Shown: piece by piece, positions 33,546-47,060 of the stretch | How positions within the stretch are numbered: position 1 is the stretch's first letter | How the letters are laid out: each line of letters opens with the position of its first letter | From: Acanthopagrus schlegelii | Lineage: Eukaryota | NCBI GenBank assembly: GCA_041753875.1 | Contig: CM085492.1 | Location: 12,319,563-12,383,562, forward strand | Length of the DNA stretch: 64,000 nucleotides | Direction: 5' to 3' | The notes under the pieces: model-generated | What the model was told of the DNA's origin: nothing | Databases searched by the model: none | What the model saw: the letters and a program-made list of their open reading frames with translations, nothing else | Position numbers and translations under genes: made by a program

Positions 33546-34299
33546 GTTCGTTTTCTTTATCTTTCATCCTCTCAGTGTAGATATCACCATGACCTTTGTA
33601 ATCTAAATGGAGAGCTAAAACATTTGTTTAAAAACTACTTTAAAATCAGCAAACATATTCTTACTTCTCGTCCAGAATTTGTCTTAGGACCCAGAAACTG
33701 CTGGGAACTACATTTCCCACAATGCAAACCAACAGTATATTTCTTCAGTTAACAGCTTTTGCCTGGCTGAGTTGTACTCCTCATCTTGTGCTAAAGATTT
33801 AATATGTAACATTTCTGCATTAAAGTGTCGAAGAAATGACGATGCCCTCATGATGTATTCATTCGAGCTAATGGCACATTTCATTTGGTCACCAGTCACT
33901 TTAACTGTCTGTAGAGAGCCAGAGAGCGAGAGAGGAAGTCGGCAAAGTAAACTAAATATAATGTGATGAAAACTTTAAAACAGAGTCAGTTTCGTCAGCG
34001 GTGGTGGTTGTTTGATCGGGAAGTCAGCATCTTTTCTATGATTCCACACTGCTTAAGTCCTTTGTTTTGTTCTACTAGCCGCTGATATCACATACTGTGT
34101 GTTTAATGGAAACTTGACCGTAAAATTGGTGTCATTACCCTTTATCCAATTACCCACAGAAAAGTTTTTCTGATAACTCAGTCAAACTCTTTTTTTGTTT
34201 TTTGGAACAGCCACTCCCTCACAAAGTCAGTTTTCACAGATCTCTGCATGACAGTCTATTCTCGTGACTTGGTGTTTAAACGACTGTGTGTTTTACCAG

Positions 34300-34506
34300 G
34301 TGAACATCACTCGCAACGGCTGCGGCGTCTCTAAACTGTGCGTGGAGACGCCAAATGACTGTGACCCTGCTGCCAACAGCACCTGTCTGTTCGCGTCTTT
34401 GACCGCCTCCACCCCGATGGCCCCCAACGGCACTGTCCTGTCCGTCGAGCTCAGGGGAGAGTCCATGGGATACATTGCACTGGGACTGACTCAGAACGCC
34501 TCAGAG
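34300..34506 (+). CDS. Exon 3: VNITRNGCGVSKLCVETPNDCDPAANSTCLFASLTASTPMAPNGTVLSVELRGESMGYIALGLTQNASE, the start of the DOMON domain.
   Basis: Acceptor gttttaccag, donor gtaacg, 207 nt in phase 0. Shows the DOMON hallmarks (R.GCG..K.C...P..C.P.....C.F.S... ; Y.ALG.S). Confidence 0.7.
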
Positions 34507-35658
34507 GTAACGAACACAACTATTCAAACATCCTCTTGCTCAGTTGAACAAATAACTGTCCCAGTTCTCAAATGTACGGTGTGTTGTCCCAAAGCAAATG
34601 ACCCGACCAACAAAGGGGCACTCGTTCGGCGAAAGTTAAAGCCTGACGGGACTTCTTCCTCTTCCCCAAAACCAGACGGTCCAGAAGAGATCGGCTGTAA
34701 TGTTAATGTTAAAAGGAGACAGGCTTAATGACACCTGAGCAAATATTATATAATGTCCAGTTGTTATCATGTCCGAGCTCACGTCAAAGGGCGAACTGAC
34801 ATCCTTCTTTATTGATACCTTTTATAGACCTGGTTAAACACGACATGGCCGTCTCACATATTGACCTGAAGTGTGATGTGTTGAGCTCATGAAAAGAACC
34901 TGAATGTTCCATTAAAACTGACCAATAGTCGACATCCTCTGTCTGAGCTCCTGACTTTGGTAATGATCAGTATGAAGCAGCCGACCATTTTTCCTTAATG
35001 TTTGACGGCAACGGTGTTTGACTGGTGTCTGGCTGACTGCTGTAGCTACTCAAAATTGAAAATTACCAGGGATTATTTCAACAATAACAAGTTTCATCTA
35101 TCAGTATAGTATGTTATTAATACAGCAGCTCAAGCCTTCATTCTGTGAAGATTGTAGGCTGCTAGTGTCCTGTCGACTAAACAAAAGGACGTAAAAATTT
35201 CAAACTGGACAGAAACATTGTTTACAAGCTGGTTACTTCAGCCTTTTTCACAGAATCTGGGTCACTGCGGGTTTCAGTTTTTCTTATAAAGTCAGTGGAA
35301 TTTTGTCCCCAGTGGCTGCAGACAGAAATCTGATTATCTTAGACAAACAGGTTGTCATACAAAGTATATCGTGCAATATGATAGACTTTGCGGAGGCATA
35401 TACCTTGGCATGAACACACAGTGTGCAAACAGGGAAGCAGAAGTTCAGAAAATAAAGCACAACGGCTCCAAAAGCGGTCACAGGTGAGCTCATGGGGAAC
35501 AAAGAAGAACCGGAATTGTTACCATTGTCTGGACTGTTGCATCACTTTATTGACTTATGTCCAACACTAACAAAGAGACTGCGCATGACTTTGCAGTTTG
35601 TTAATGTCTTCACTTTAAAGAAGTCCTCTCATCGCCTCACCACAAATTCTTTCCTCAG

Positions 35659-35760
35659 GGCATCACCGCGCTTTTCATCTGTGCGCAGAACAATGGGTCG
35701 TTCTTCTTCCGGACAATGACCAGGAACAACACTGACGGGATGCTCTCTTCAGTAGAGACG
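35659..35760 (+). CDS. Exon 4: GITALFICAQNNGSFFFRTMTRNNTDGMLSSVET.
   Basis: Acceptor ttcctcag, donor gtgagg, 102 nt. Confidence 0.65.
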
Positions 35761-36135
35761 GTGAGGCCTCAAATTAACTGTCATGAGGAGTGATTAAAAA
35801 ACCGCATTAACTAAATTTACATTCTTCAGGCATATGGAAATTTACATGTTTATGTCAACAATGGATGAGCATAAATCTAATATATGTGCTTACAAGCACT
35901 TAAAGATGATTAGATCTGGGTTTTTAAAATTGCTTTTGATTAAAACTAAATCCAAATATGCTGATATTTAATGCAGTTTTATTAATGCACCAACCAAATT
36001 TGGGACACAGATTGTAAAAATTGAAGAAGCCTTTTGGATGAGAGGTGAAACTAGATTTACACGTTTACATCTTTCACTTAAATTGTGCTATTCCCTTCCC
36101 ATCTCACTTCACCGTATCTTACTTTCTGTTGTTAG

Positions 36136-36277
36136 ATCGTGAGAGAAATTCGAGGCATGGTGGTTGGCAACGTGATCAAGTGCGAGTACGACATCCCAAA
36201 TGTGAACGCCACCAGCACCAGAACCAGTCACAGTACAACCTTCCAAGTCCTCCTCGGGAATGGAACTGTTAATGGAA
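36136..36277 (+). CDS. Exon 5: IVREIRGMVVGNVIKCEYDIPNVNATSTRTSHSTTFQVLLGNGTVNG.
   Basis: Acceptor ctgttgttag, donor gtaagt, 142 nt. Confidence 0.65.
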
Positions 36278-37257
36278 GTAAGTGGAAACACATTAACATT
36301 CACTGTGGATAGTGTAATGTTGGTTCACAACATGATATAGCCCAATAGAAATAGTAGCTGATGATATGGTACTTCCCCCAGAGCATGGAAAGGCTGACCA
36401 TAAATGGAAAAACAACCTAGCATTACCATTTTCCCCAAAAACCAGGTGAAATATGGCTGGACAGCTGACTTTTTAAATTAAACATATATTAGGTAGTTTA
36501 AATCACTACCAAGTGCTCCTGCATAGTTTTGGCACTAATCCCAGTTAACAGCTTAATATCATGCTAGCAGCTAGCAAGCAAATTAGTCACAGTGTAGCGA
36601 GATATAGAGGCTAGCCCCAGATCAGTGAATTAATGTGAAAAAGTTTCAGTCAATGTGCACTGAAGTAAAAAAATAAATAAAATACAAACAAAAACCCCCT
36701 ACTTACTCTGAAATAGGTAGTTGTATTTTAATTTGAGTGTTTTGTCTGAAATTAAAAGCAACAGCTAAGCTAGGCTAACTAGCCTTGATACTGAGTTTGT
36801 TTTAATGTAGATAAACCTTCCCCAAAGTGTGGACTGTGTTTTAAAGTAATTTAATTTTCACTTAATTAAATAGTATAGTATATCACTTATTTAATTAACT
36901 TAAGCTTTGTAAGCCAAAGTAAAATTTTACATGTTTGCTTCATCCAAATAGTTGGCTGACAACCCTATTTATTTTACCTAGCTATTGTGGAGCTAATGCT
37001 AGCGAGTTAGCTTTGGACACCCCGCTAGTCTGTTTTTCAATCTCACATCTCAAAGTGTGGTGAGATTTTAAAACAAACTCCAGAGATACTGAAGGATTTA
37101 GGCGATGCTCTCTCTTTCAAACTGATACCGATTTACATTACATTTCATCTGTTAATTAAGTGAATTGATGCATTTTATTGTGAGTAAGCTACGCTGCTGC
37201 CCAGCTGTCAATGTGAACATGTCTACCCTCCTAATGCTCTGTCTCCTGACTATTCAG

Positions 37258-37359
37258 CTGCTCTTGGTAGATTCAACACTGTCCTGAACAGCGGCACTCT
37301 GAACGTGGCAGACCCGAACAGCAACACCGTCACAACGAGCGGAGCTGACCGCCCTCATG
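37258..37359 (+). CDS. Exon 6: TALGRFNTVLNSGTLNVADPNSNTVTTSGADRPH.
   Basis: Acceptor gactattcag, donor gtaaac, 102 nt. Confidence 0.55.
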
Positions 37360-38135
37360 GTAAACAACACAACAATGCCATCTTAAATATGAACTAGTTT
37401 TAGGTTTCTACATGCAGGGGGTGTCCTGATTCAACAGATTTAAGGGATAGTAATGTCTATGGGGAGATAAAAATCAGGTGCATCAATTAAAGGACACCAA
37501 GAAATTATTTGAAAGTTGTCCAGAAAGATGTATGATGCCCTGCAGGAAGCACTGCTAGGGCCATAAATAATAGTGATTATATCATGTAAATTAATTTGAG
37601 GTTCTGGGGTGGGGGAGATGCAAGTTGGTACTAATTGTGGGAAGCAACTGACTCAGAAATCCTTTCTGTCGGTGCAAAGTGAGTCATCTGAGTATATAAT
37701 TTGATGGGGAAATTGTCTTATCCGGTGCTGTTGCCAAGATCAGCAATAATAACAATAAGCAGGCAAGCAGACATAAAGAAATCAGGTCACAAGATTCCTC
37801 TAGAATTGAACGGATGTTTATTAGCTTAATAAGACAAATATGTAAAACTAGAGCACCCAAAGACATCACTTGGAACATTCATCTTAACGGCTTTGTCCTG
37901 AATAAATAATTCCAATAAAACTGTTAACATATCCCGATAATTATTGGAGCATTTCTTTGGAAAAGAGATGTAGCCCTCAAGCTTTATTGATGGAGGGTAG
38001 CGGCATAAATATCGCAGAGCCCAATGCCACTGAGAAGTTTTTTTGTGTGACAAAATCACCACAGCACTGAACAATCAAGCTTTTCGATAACAAACATTTT
38101 CAGATAAATGCTTTTTTGTCTTTTCCCCCTTCCAG

Positions 38136-38188
38136 CTGTGCTGCTCCTGCTGACTGTCCTCACAGTGCCCCTCATGCTCAGAGCCTAG
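38136..38188 (+). CDS. Exon 7 (last): AVLLLLTVLTVPLMLRA, a C-terminal hydrophobic segment (GPI-anchor signal or TM helix). Stop TAG at 38186..38188.
   Basis: Acceptor cccttccag. The hydrophobic tail lies immediately before the stop. Confidence 0.6.
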
Positions 38189-39719
38189 AAGTCCCAGAGG
38201 AAGTTGAGGACGGTCGGATATAATGAAGACGGCTAATGCGCTGGATTTACGCAAGAGTGCCAAACTGTTTATAAAATGTTTTACACTGAACTTATTTTCA
38301 CCTTTTTAAAGTCTCTTTTGCACTATGTTAGTACCTGAGATGAAGCTCAAAAGTTAAAAAAGCATGATATCGATATGTTGTTTCCAAACACTGCTTGTGG
38401 TTTTAGTTACCTATTATTTAATGTTTTTCTTTGCATGGCCATGGAAGTGGTGTTGAAACGGCTGTCTCACACTTGTGTAAACATAAACCTGTTGATCTGG
38501 CGCCACAAGCCTTTTTTCGCAAACATACAGACTTCGGTGGAACGAGTTTGAGCTGTAGCCTGGCAGCCAACTTCGACTGACAATCAACCAACATCCTGGA
38601 TGTCTTGAGTGCTCTGTGCATCTTTGCTGCCAGGAAGGTTATTAATACGTTTTAATATTTACATGTATGTGTATGTACTGTGACTGTAAATTATTTGTTG
38701 AAAAGGACGACCTGAGGGGCTCCATCTAATCTAGTAATAAAGGTTAAGCTGTTGTTCACTTGTTGGCGTCAGTGGTTTTTTTTGCGCCGTCATCTTAATA
38801 GTCGGGCCTTTGTTTTCTATCTAAACATATTTGACTGAGTCTGAGGGTGCGGTTACCACCGGCCTGGCCATCGGAACTCGCTGCCAGCATGGAAATTTAT
38901 TGAAATTTTAGATCATCAGGAGATTAAACCGCAGTAAACAACATTTTCAAATTCCAAGTTCCAGTGAACAGGTTTTAGATAGGTGCTCATACATGAATGA
39001 AAACCTGAGCTAGTTTTTGACTGATGGGAGGGACAGATGACTTCTAGTACTGCTATGCTGCAGTACAAATGTGTCAAATTACAAATATTACAGGTCTTGA
39101 ATTTTTTTCCCTTCCAATTGAAATGGGATTTAAAGGACCTGTGGTAACTTTGACTAGGACAATAGAAGGGTAAGGTATGGATCGGATCACCATTTGACAT
39201 CCCACCAATATAATTTCATTTCCCATGCGAGAGCTAGTTTTATCAGCCCAGAACTACTTCTCTTGCCAGAGCCAATATCATGTAAATCTACCCTTTGTAT
39301 GCAATGTGTTTAAATAAAGTGGCTTTGAATGCAATTCACACAGCGGTTAAAGTACCAGTTACCCTCTCACCCCGATGCTGATAGAAAGTTGTTTAGGGAG
39401 AATTTTACAACACTGTTTTGCTGTGAAGCTCCACAAATGATTTGTTGACTCACCTGACTTTCCATCAGCATGGGGGTGAATATATATTAAGTGAATTTTC
39501 ATTTCTAGGCAAACTTCCATATTTTGGAGAGTAAATTCAGGGCAGACAGTGAAATTTGGGTAAAACAAGAGAAAAGATGTCTCTCACCAACAATGACCAA
39601 TTTCTCTTTGTTGAAATCATTTTAGCTGGTCTCATTTAAACTATAAATTCCATGTGTTTCCCCCCAGAAACCACTGATGAACTTTTTTGGAATGAAGAGA
39701 ACAAAGCAAAACATAAGAG

Positions 39720-40232
39720 CGCTTTCCGTTTTAATATTTTATTGCAATTTAATCCTTTACAGTTAAACTGAAACTGAATAGTATAAAAAACTGACATTGA
39801 CATACAGACACACAAGGTCAAACAAACTCACCGTTGAGGGAAACAAATACATTGAACCTAAAAACGGCCTTTTGTAGCTGAATTTTCGTCCTCGCGTTAA
39901 GACATGTCCTTCGAGCTGTTGTCTCTGAGAACATGAACAGTCCATGTTTCTGCTATCTCCTGAAGACCAGTGAGGACGCAGTAAAAACACAATCCGAAAC
40001 CTACAGCTAATTATTCCCATTACAGTGATACTGGACAACTGGCAAACAAAATAAACCAAAAAAAAAAAAAAAAAAATATAGACGACTTTTGGGACAATGG
40101 AACAACAGAGTGTGTGCACCATGCTTGTGTGTGCACGCTTGCTTTTTGTATCTACAATATGAGTGTTAAAACAGGAGTCCGAGTTCCTACTGGAAGCTGT
40201 GTGTACGCCGCATGCGTCGGTGTGGTCCGTGT
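39720..40232 (-). other. hnrnpc: hnrnpc 3' UTR, with an AATAAA on the - strand at 39743..39738.
   Basis: Region downstream of the TAG at 40235..40233. The - strand poly(A) signal appears as tttatt on the + strand. Confidence 0.4.
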
Positions 40233-40346
40233 CTATGAGTCCTCATCGCCGTTGACACTGTCGCCATCGTCGTCGCCTTCAACGTGCTCGCCTTCCTCCT
40301 CCTCCTCCTCTTCTTCCTCTTCGTCCTCCCTCTCTTGACTCTTCAC
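40233..40346 (-). CDS. hnrnpc: hnrnpc last coding exon: VKSQEREDEEEEEEEEEGEHVEGDDDGDSVNGDEDS, then stop.
   Basis: Acceptor aaacggcag on the - strand. Acidic C-terminus typical of hnRNP C. Confidence 0.75.
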   Translation of the reverse strand: MKSQEREDEEEEEEEEEEGEHVEGDDDGDSVNGDEDS

Positions 40347-40592
40347 CTGCCGTTTGAAAAAGTGTGAGGGCTGTATGAGCGACGGAAGGTTAAGGGATGA
40401 AAGTGGATCAAGTTAAGACCATGTAATACCAACAGTTTAAACACTTGAACACTTTAAAAAACAGGATTAGAGTTTTACCACATTTTGTATTTAGGACTAC
40501 AAGAACTAGGTTCTGATGGAGAGGTGTTAAAATCTGTTAGTTTAGAACAGTGTCTGCACTTCCAATTTGTGTAGTAAACCTTTCAGTCTCAC

Positions 40593-40759
40593 CTCTTCGT
40601 CCTCCAGCAGGTCTCCTTCCTCCTCTTCATCGTCGTCATCTTCATCTGAGTCATTCATCTCCTGGCTCTCCCTGTCTCTCTTCAGTCCCTCGTCCTTCTT
40701 GTTACTCGGGTGCGGAGGTGAGGTCACTTCTCCTGGCTCAGTTTTTGTACTCTTAGCAT
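40593..40759 (-). CDS. hnrnpc: hnrnpc exon: DAKSTKTEPGEVTSPPHPSNKKDEGLKRDRESQEMNDSDEDDDDEEEEGDLLEDEE.
   Basis: Acceptor tttggcag, donor gtgaga. Frame is consistent with the adjacent exons. Confidence 0.75.
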
Positions 40760-40924
40760 CTGCCAAACAGGAAGGGGTGTTTGAGTTCATTGTCCGTCAT
40801 TTAATGTGCTTATAAACACTCACTGTGGTCATTTTGTTACCATATGGCTGTATTATCCATCTGATATTTCGGTTTTATAGGTTTTAGTTTATAACTTGAT
40901 CTAGGCTGGATTTCTGTCAGATTA

Positions 40925-41137
<213 letters not shown>

Positions 41138-41426
41138 TTAAAAGATGTAGATGGGCAACTTGAGTGAGGTGTCATACAGAAAAATCTTGAAAATAAATCT
41201 TCACCATTCACAGCCAAGAAACCAAGTGTTCACTGAGCACAGCTGAGATAGTAACCATGACTATGACAAATAATTCAGGACTGTGCCCAGTGTTTATTTT
41301 TGACTTATCGATTGATTTTTTCCCCCCTAATAATCTTTAAAATATCAGAAAATCGTTAAAATGTAATCTACAATATTATAATTCTTACATTCAAGAACTG
41401 CAACAAGCTAAGGTTTGTCTTGTTTA

Positions 41427-41699
<273 letters not shown>

Positions 41700-41884
41700 T
41701 TACCACATGTGTCTTTGTAGCTGTGGTGGATTTAGACACTTTATTGAATGAGGTAAACACTGTTGGAAACCAGTGTGACCGACTCTTACACACTGAAAAA
41801 TAAGATTAAGGATTACTCTCCTCAACAAAACATCCAGGGGCTTTTTCTTTCAAACTGAGAGGAAAATGAAACCATTTAACCCAC

Positions 41885-41935
41885 CTGTCATAATAATCTC
41901 TCTGAAAGTCATAGTCGAGGTCAAATGAGGAACTG
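41885..41935 (-). CDS. hnrnpc: hnrnpc exon: SSSSFDLDYDFQRDYYD(R).
   Basis: Identical motif to human SSFDLDYDFQRDYYDR. Acceptor cctaaacag, donor gtgggt. Confidence 0.85.
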
Positions 41936-42112
41936 CTGTTTAGGAAGAAGAACAAGAAAAGTCCACATGAGGTAACAAGAAAACGGAAACCTTTTCTGGT
42001 TTTAGACATGTAGAGACTTCCCTTTGTGGCTGTGCTGACTTGTGATATTTAAGTATATGTGAATATGTGTACATCAGCCCTAACTGTTCCTAAAGGTATG
42101 TTTATGAATGAC

Positions 42113-42185
42113 CTGTACATGTCTCCAGCGGAGCGTTTGGTGGTTTTTGACCTGTGAGGTTTGGGTTCTCCAGCCAGGTTGATGT
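42113..42185 (-). CDS. hnrnpc: hnrnpc exon: DINLAGEPKPHRSKTTKRSAGDMY(S).
   Basis: Matches human [27 protein letters not shown]. Acceptor ttctcag, donor gtcatt. Confidence 0.8.
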
Positions 42186-43090
42186 CTGAGAAGGAAAAGG
42201 GGAAAAAACAGATCACAGATCAGTAAACAATGCAACAACAAAGCACTTCAGATTTTCACATTTTCTCAACAGTTTGAGGGTATAAATATTCAAAGAACCT
42301 TTCTGTTATTTGTGCCAAGTAACAACTTTTCAGTGACGCCAGAAGACATCTATGAATCAATAGTTACATGTTCATAGATTCTAGATATTTTTTCCTCAGT
42401 GACAGTAGATTTCATTTAAAGAATCCGCTAGATTATTGAACTTTATCCTTTGTCGTTTTAAAATTATCTCTAACCTTTTTTTTTTTTTAGTAAAGGTGCA
42501 CCAAAACTGGACATATCAGACACCTCATTTTTATTTATTTTTTTAAATATATATTTTGTCCAGCTTCAGTATCACAGTATCCTCCTACAATGGTTCCAAA
42601 CAAGGTCAGACAGTAAATCTTTATTAAGTAGTAATTATTATTTTAATACATTTCTTCAAGTAGGTTTACCTTCTGACAACCTCAAATATATTTTGTCCAC
42701 AAGCCAAACATATTCAATTTACTCTGAAAGGAGTAGTAAAGACACCAGAAAGTATTACATTTAAGAAGCTGGAATCAGAATATTGACTACTTAAAAAAAA
42801 AACATAAGGGGTGATTCATTTAATAGGTGATCCATTAATTGTCGCAGTTATTTGTCTACTCTACTAGCAACTAAAACATACCCAACCTGTGACAGAAAAT
42901 AAATTGCTTGGTTTTAAGGGGTCACAAGCTGAAAAGGATCGAGAACCACTTGCTGAAAGAACAGCTTTACTATAGACGTGTACATTCACATGCTCATGGG
43001 AGCGTCTGGTGAAAATAACTTGTTGAGATGACTAATCAAAAACTGGCTTTGATGTAAATATAACCAAAATGTATCAAATAAAAAAAGCTA

Positions 43091-43411
<321 letters not shown>

Positions 43412-43715
43412 TTAGTCAAAGAATTAGTACTGATCTGCTCCTGTTCCTTGGTCAAATACTGGAGAGTCCCCAGATGTGGTAGACAAAAGCAGAGACGATC
43501 TGCAGGCCTTCCTGGAAAATTAAGACGTTTAAATCAAAGCGCTCGACAACACGAACTGCTGCTATGACACCATTTACCCTGTTTGTATCAACAGGAGACA
43601 TGTTTGCAGTGTGTCCTAATTTGATGCTTTGAAATTTCCATGAGACCAAATGTGCATAAAATCTACAAGCTGCATGTTTCCAGTCTCTTCTTATCAAAAC
43701 GACAACAACCTCCCT

Positions 43716-44617
43716 CACAGTCTAAAAATAATCAGGAGGGGTGGAAAAAAAATAATTTCTCATTTGGCACCACATGCTTGCACAAACCAAACAAATGAAG
43801 CATGATAAACTTAATATTTTAGGCCTGTCACAAACTCAGACACAGACTGACCAGACACTACATGTCAGATCACAGGCCCAAACACAAAATTAGTCTTTAG
43901 TTTTCTTACCACACAGCATTATATTGCTATATGTAAAACACAGTGAGATGTGTGTTCAGCCTTATTTGAATAGATTCCAATGTGCTTCTGGACTTTATAT
44001 TTAGAATATGAAAACACAGAGGAGCCACTGTTTCAGTAATGGCCTGCTGAAGTTATGACATCAATGTTTAATATAAAATATTACTTAATCGCCACCACCA
44101 GTATTTTAAAGATTATCTTTACATGCCTGATGAGGAAACAAAAAAGGCATATTCATGAATTTCTGAGCACAGTCTAAAAATAATCAGGAGGGGTGGAAAA
44201 AAAAAATTCTCATTTGGCACCACATGCTTGCACAAACCAAACAAATGAAGCATAATAAACTTAATATTTTAGGCCTGTCACAAACTCAAACACAGACTGA
44301 CCAGACACTACATGTCAGATCACAGACCCAAACACAAAATTAGTCTTTAGTTTTCTTACCACACAGCATTATATTGCTATATGTAAAACACAGTAAGATG
44401 TGTGTTCAGCCTTATTTGAATAGATTCCAATGTGCTTCTGGACTTTATATTTAGAATATGAAAACACAGAGGAGCCACTGTTTCAGTAATGGCCTGCTGA
44501 AGTTATGACATCACTATTTAATATAAAATATTACTTAATCGCCACCACCAGTATTTTAAAGATTATCTTTACATGCCTGATGACGAAACAAAAAAGGCAT
44601 ATTCATGAATTTCTGAG
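43716..44617. repeat. Direct tandem duplication of ~452 bp, at ~98% identity (copy 1 43716..44167, copy 2 44168..44617), inside hnrnpc intron 1.
   Basis: Two adjacent near-identical copies were read directly. The differences are mostly transitions plus one small indel. Confidence 0.85.
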
Positions 44618-46908
44618 CTATATTTCACCTTCGAGACAAACCAGTGAATTTTCAACACATTAACACGTGCCGTTCCCCCCCAAAATCTCAAGACAATAGC
44701 TTGTTTAAAGCTTATAATTGACATGAACAGGGATACATAAGAGGTTTAAAATGTTAGCCTCAGCTGTAGCTAGTATTTCATTTTTTACTTTCAAAAGGAT
44801 AAAATGGCCATTATGGTGCAATGTTATGCAATGAAAACCAACTGCTACATAGCTGGACAAGATATATGGCACAGTTATGTCATTCTGTACTTTGTTACCT
44901 GGTTACTGTATTGACTGGTTCAAAAGTAGCACCTGTTAGAAAAAAAGCCAACAAAGACATTTTGTGGGAGAAAACACAACTGAGTGTTGAAATATAATTG
45001 CTCATGTGATTTTATACATCCATAGTGTTGAGAAATAAATTAATGCATTATAATGGCATATCATTTAAATCTATAATTGTTGGATCTTTGTGAGGAGATT
45101 GTGCCACATGGTTCAGCTTAACATAACCACCCTTCACTTACACCCAGGTGGTGGAAACAGGACCTGTAGCCACCGGAAGCTTGTTACCTTATATTAAAAA
45201 ATGCCGTGCTATTAAATGTAATCTAGTGAGGCCAAAGGTTTAGAGGTGTGGGATAAAGGAAATTTCACATTACTCTAATGTTGATTGACTCAATCAGGGC
45301 TGGATGATTTTGTTTCTGGGGATCAGTTGGGTTAAAATGATGGTGAAGCAGATAGAAACAAAGACTGTTCATGTCAAAAGGAGCAGTTCAACTGGTTTAT
45401 GAATACTTTAGCTGTAATTCACCATTAAAATCCACCGTATTATTGTATAGTTTGTATCATTCTATAAATGTTTTTTTCCCATAGAACAGGGGCTTGTTTC
45501 CAAGTCTGTGACTTCTCTCAATATCCATAAAACAGGATGAGATGTGAGCACCCAGTGAAGCCCAGAGCTGTGTGGAAATTGGGACATGGGAAAGTTGAGC
45601 TCCGATACAGAAAACATGAAAACAGCAGTGGCATCAACAGTAACCCCATCACATTCATCACTCACTCCATAGCGTCTGTGTGCAGGGCTGTCGTCTGTCT
45701 GATGTTTGACACTGTGGGCTGGGATCAGTTTGGGCTGGTGTCTCGACCTTCACCTTCGCCCCTCACGATTTATACTGAGGTGACAGAAAACACACCTCAG
45801 TCAAGCTGAGCAGGGTTATGTTGCACCAAGTCTTACCTGGTTGAAGTGTGTGCAGGAGTCAGTGACGAGGAATGTGCAAACCACTACTTACAACTAAACT
45901 ACGTCGGGACTACAATCGGACCCTAAGGCATGTTTAAGCGCAACGTCTAACAGAAGCTACGAGAAGTGAGGGGAATAAAACACACACACACCCAAGGACC
46001 ACAAGCCTGGGACTGAACAAGAAAGTGACAAAACCACTACATTCATATCATTTACGGGCAGAAAACGTGGGCCCCGACTAATTCACATAGGCTTGTGTTT
46101 GAGTGAAACATGGTTGTAAGAGTTAAGAAATGAGTCTGTGCCATTAAAAACAGTGACAGTGAAGCCCTTTAGGAGAGCAGATCAACTTGATCTGGAACTT
46201 GAGGAACATGCCTGAGTGCAAAAATGTGTAAAGTTGATGTTTTTTTTTTTTAAAACCATGAGCTGACAAGTCATGGGAACATACCAAAGGGTATTTCACG
46301 TTGTGACAAATGTAACAAACAACTGTTGTGGCTCGACAGGTATGACTAGCTAAGCAGGGTTATTGAAGTCAATGAAGTTTCACCAATGGTGTAATCAAAC
46401 TCTAAACAAGGATTTTCCCATTTCTTTAATACTCCTTACACATGGAGAAACGTCTGCTTGGAATGACAGATTTAACAGTTGAGGAAATAACTTCTACTAT
46501 ATAAATAAAGCAAAACCCGATGCAGGATGTGAAAAACAAAATAAAAAATAAATTGCGTTTCACTTCTTCAAAATGGTGGAAAGTAGATATGTAAATGGGA
46601 TTGTGTATGGAGAAAATACTCCACTTATAAATAGAATAAATGCTCCTGTCTAGAGCTGTCACATGATCTTAGAGATCCACACTTTTAGTGTACATGCAAC
46701 CCTCCAGTGATGTGTATTGGCGTTTGTCTCTACTGAAAAGACTACATGGGGCTTATGATTGAACGTGCAGCCCAGGAATGAACATGAAGTCGTGAGTTGA
46801 TTTTAAATACACATAAACAGCCATAATACTCGTTCAGATTGATCAACGTTTAATTATAATAAATGTGTATTTGTTAAACGTTATGTAACAACACTGGCAG
46901 TCCAAAGC

Positions 46909-47060
46909 TTGCAAAATCAGAAAAATCACTCTTCATCAGGGGAAGAAAAAAAAAAAAACAAAGGGGAAAAAAAAAAATCTACTCCACCAAAAAAAGAAAA
47001 AAGGAAGAAGAAAAAAAGAAAAAAAAAAAGAAAAAAGGGGAAAAAGGGCAAACAGACTGA
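46909..47060. repeat. Long homopurine (A/G-only) tract of ~150 bp in hnrnpc intron 1.
   Basis: gggaagaaaaaaaaaaaaacaaaggggaaaaaaaaaaatctactccaccaaaaaaagaaaaaaggaagaag..., almost exclusively purines on the + strand. Confidence 0.8.

Noticed and set aside
40114-40815. Plus-strand ORFs encoding poly-Ser (40114..40338, 40550..40756, 40567..40815)
   Set aside because: Antisense of the hnrnpc acidic (GAG/GAA/GAC-rich) C-terminal exons. The minus-strand frame has strong hnRNP C homology.
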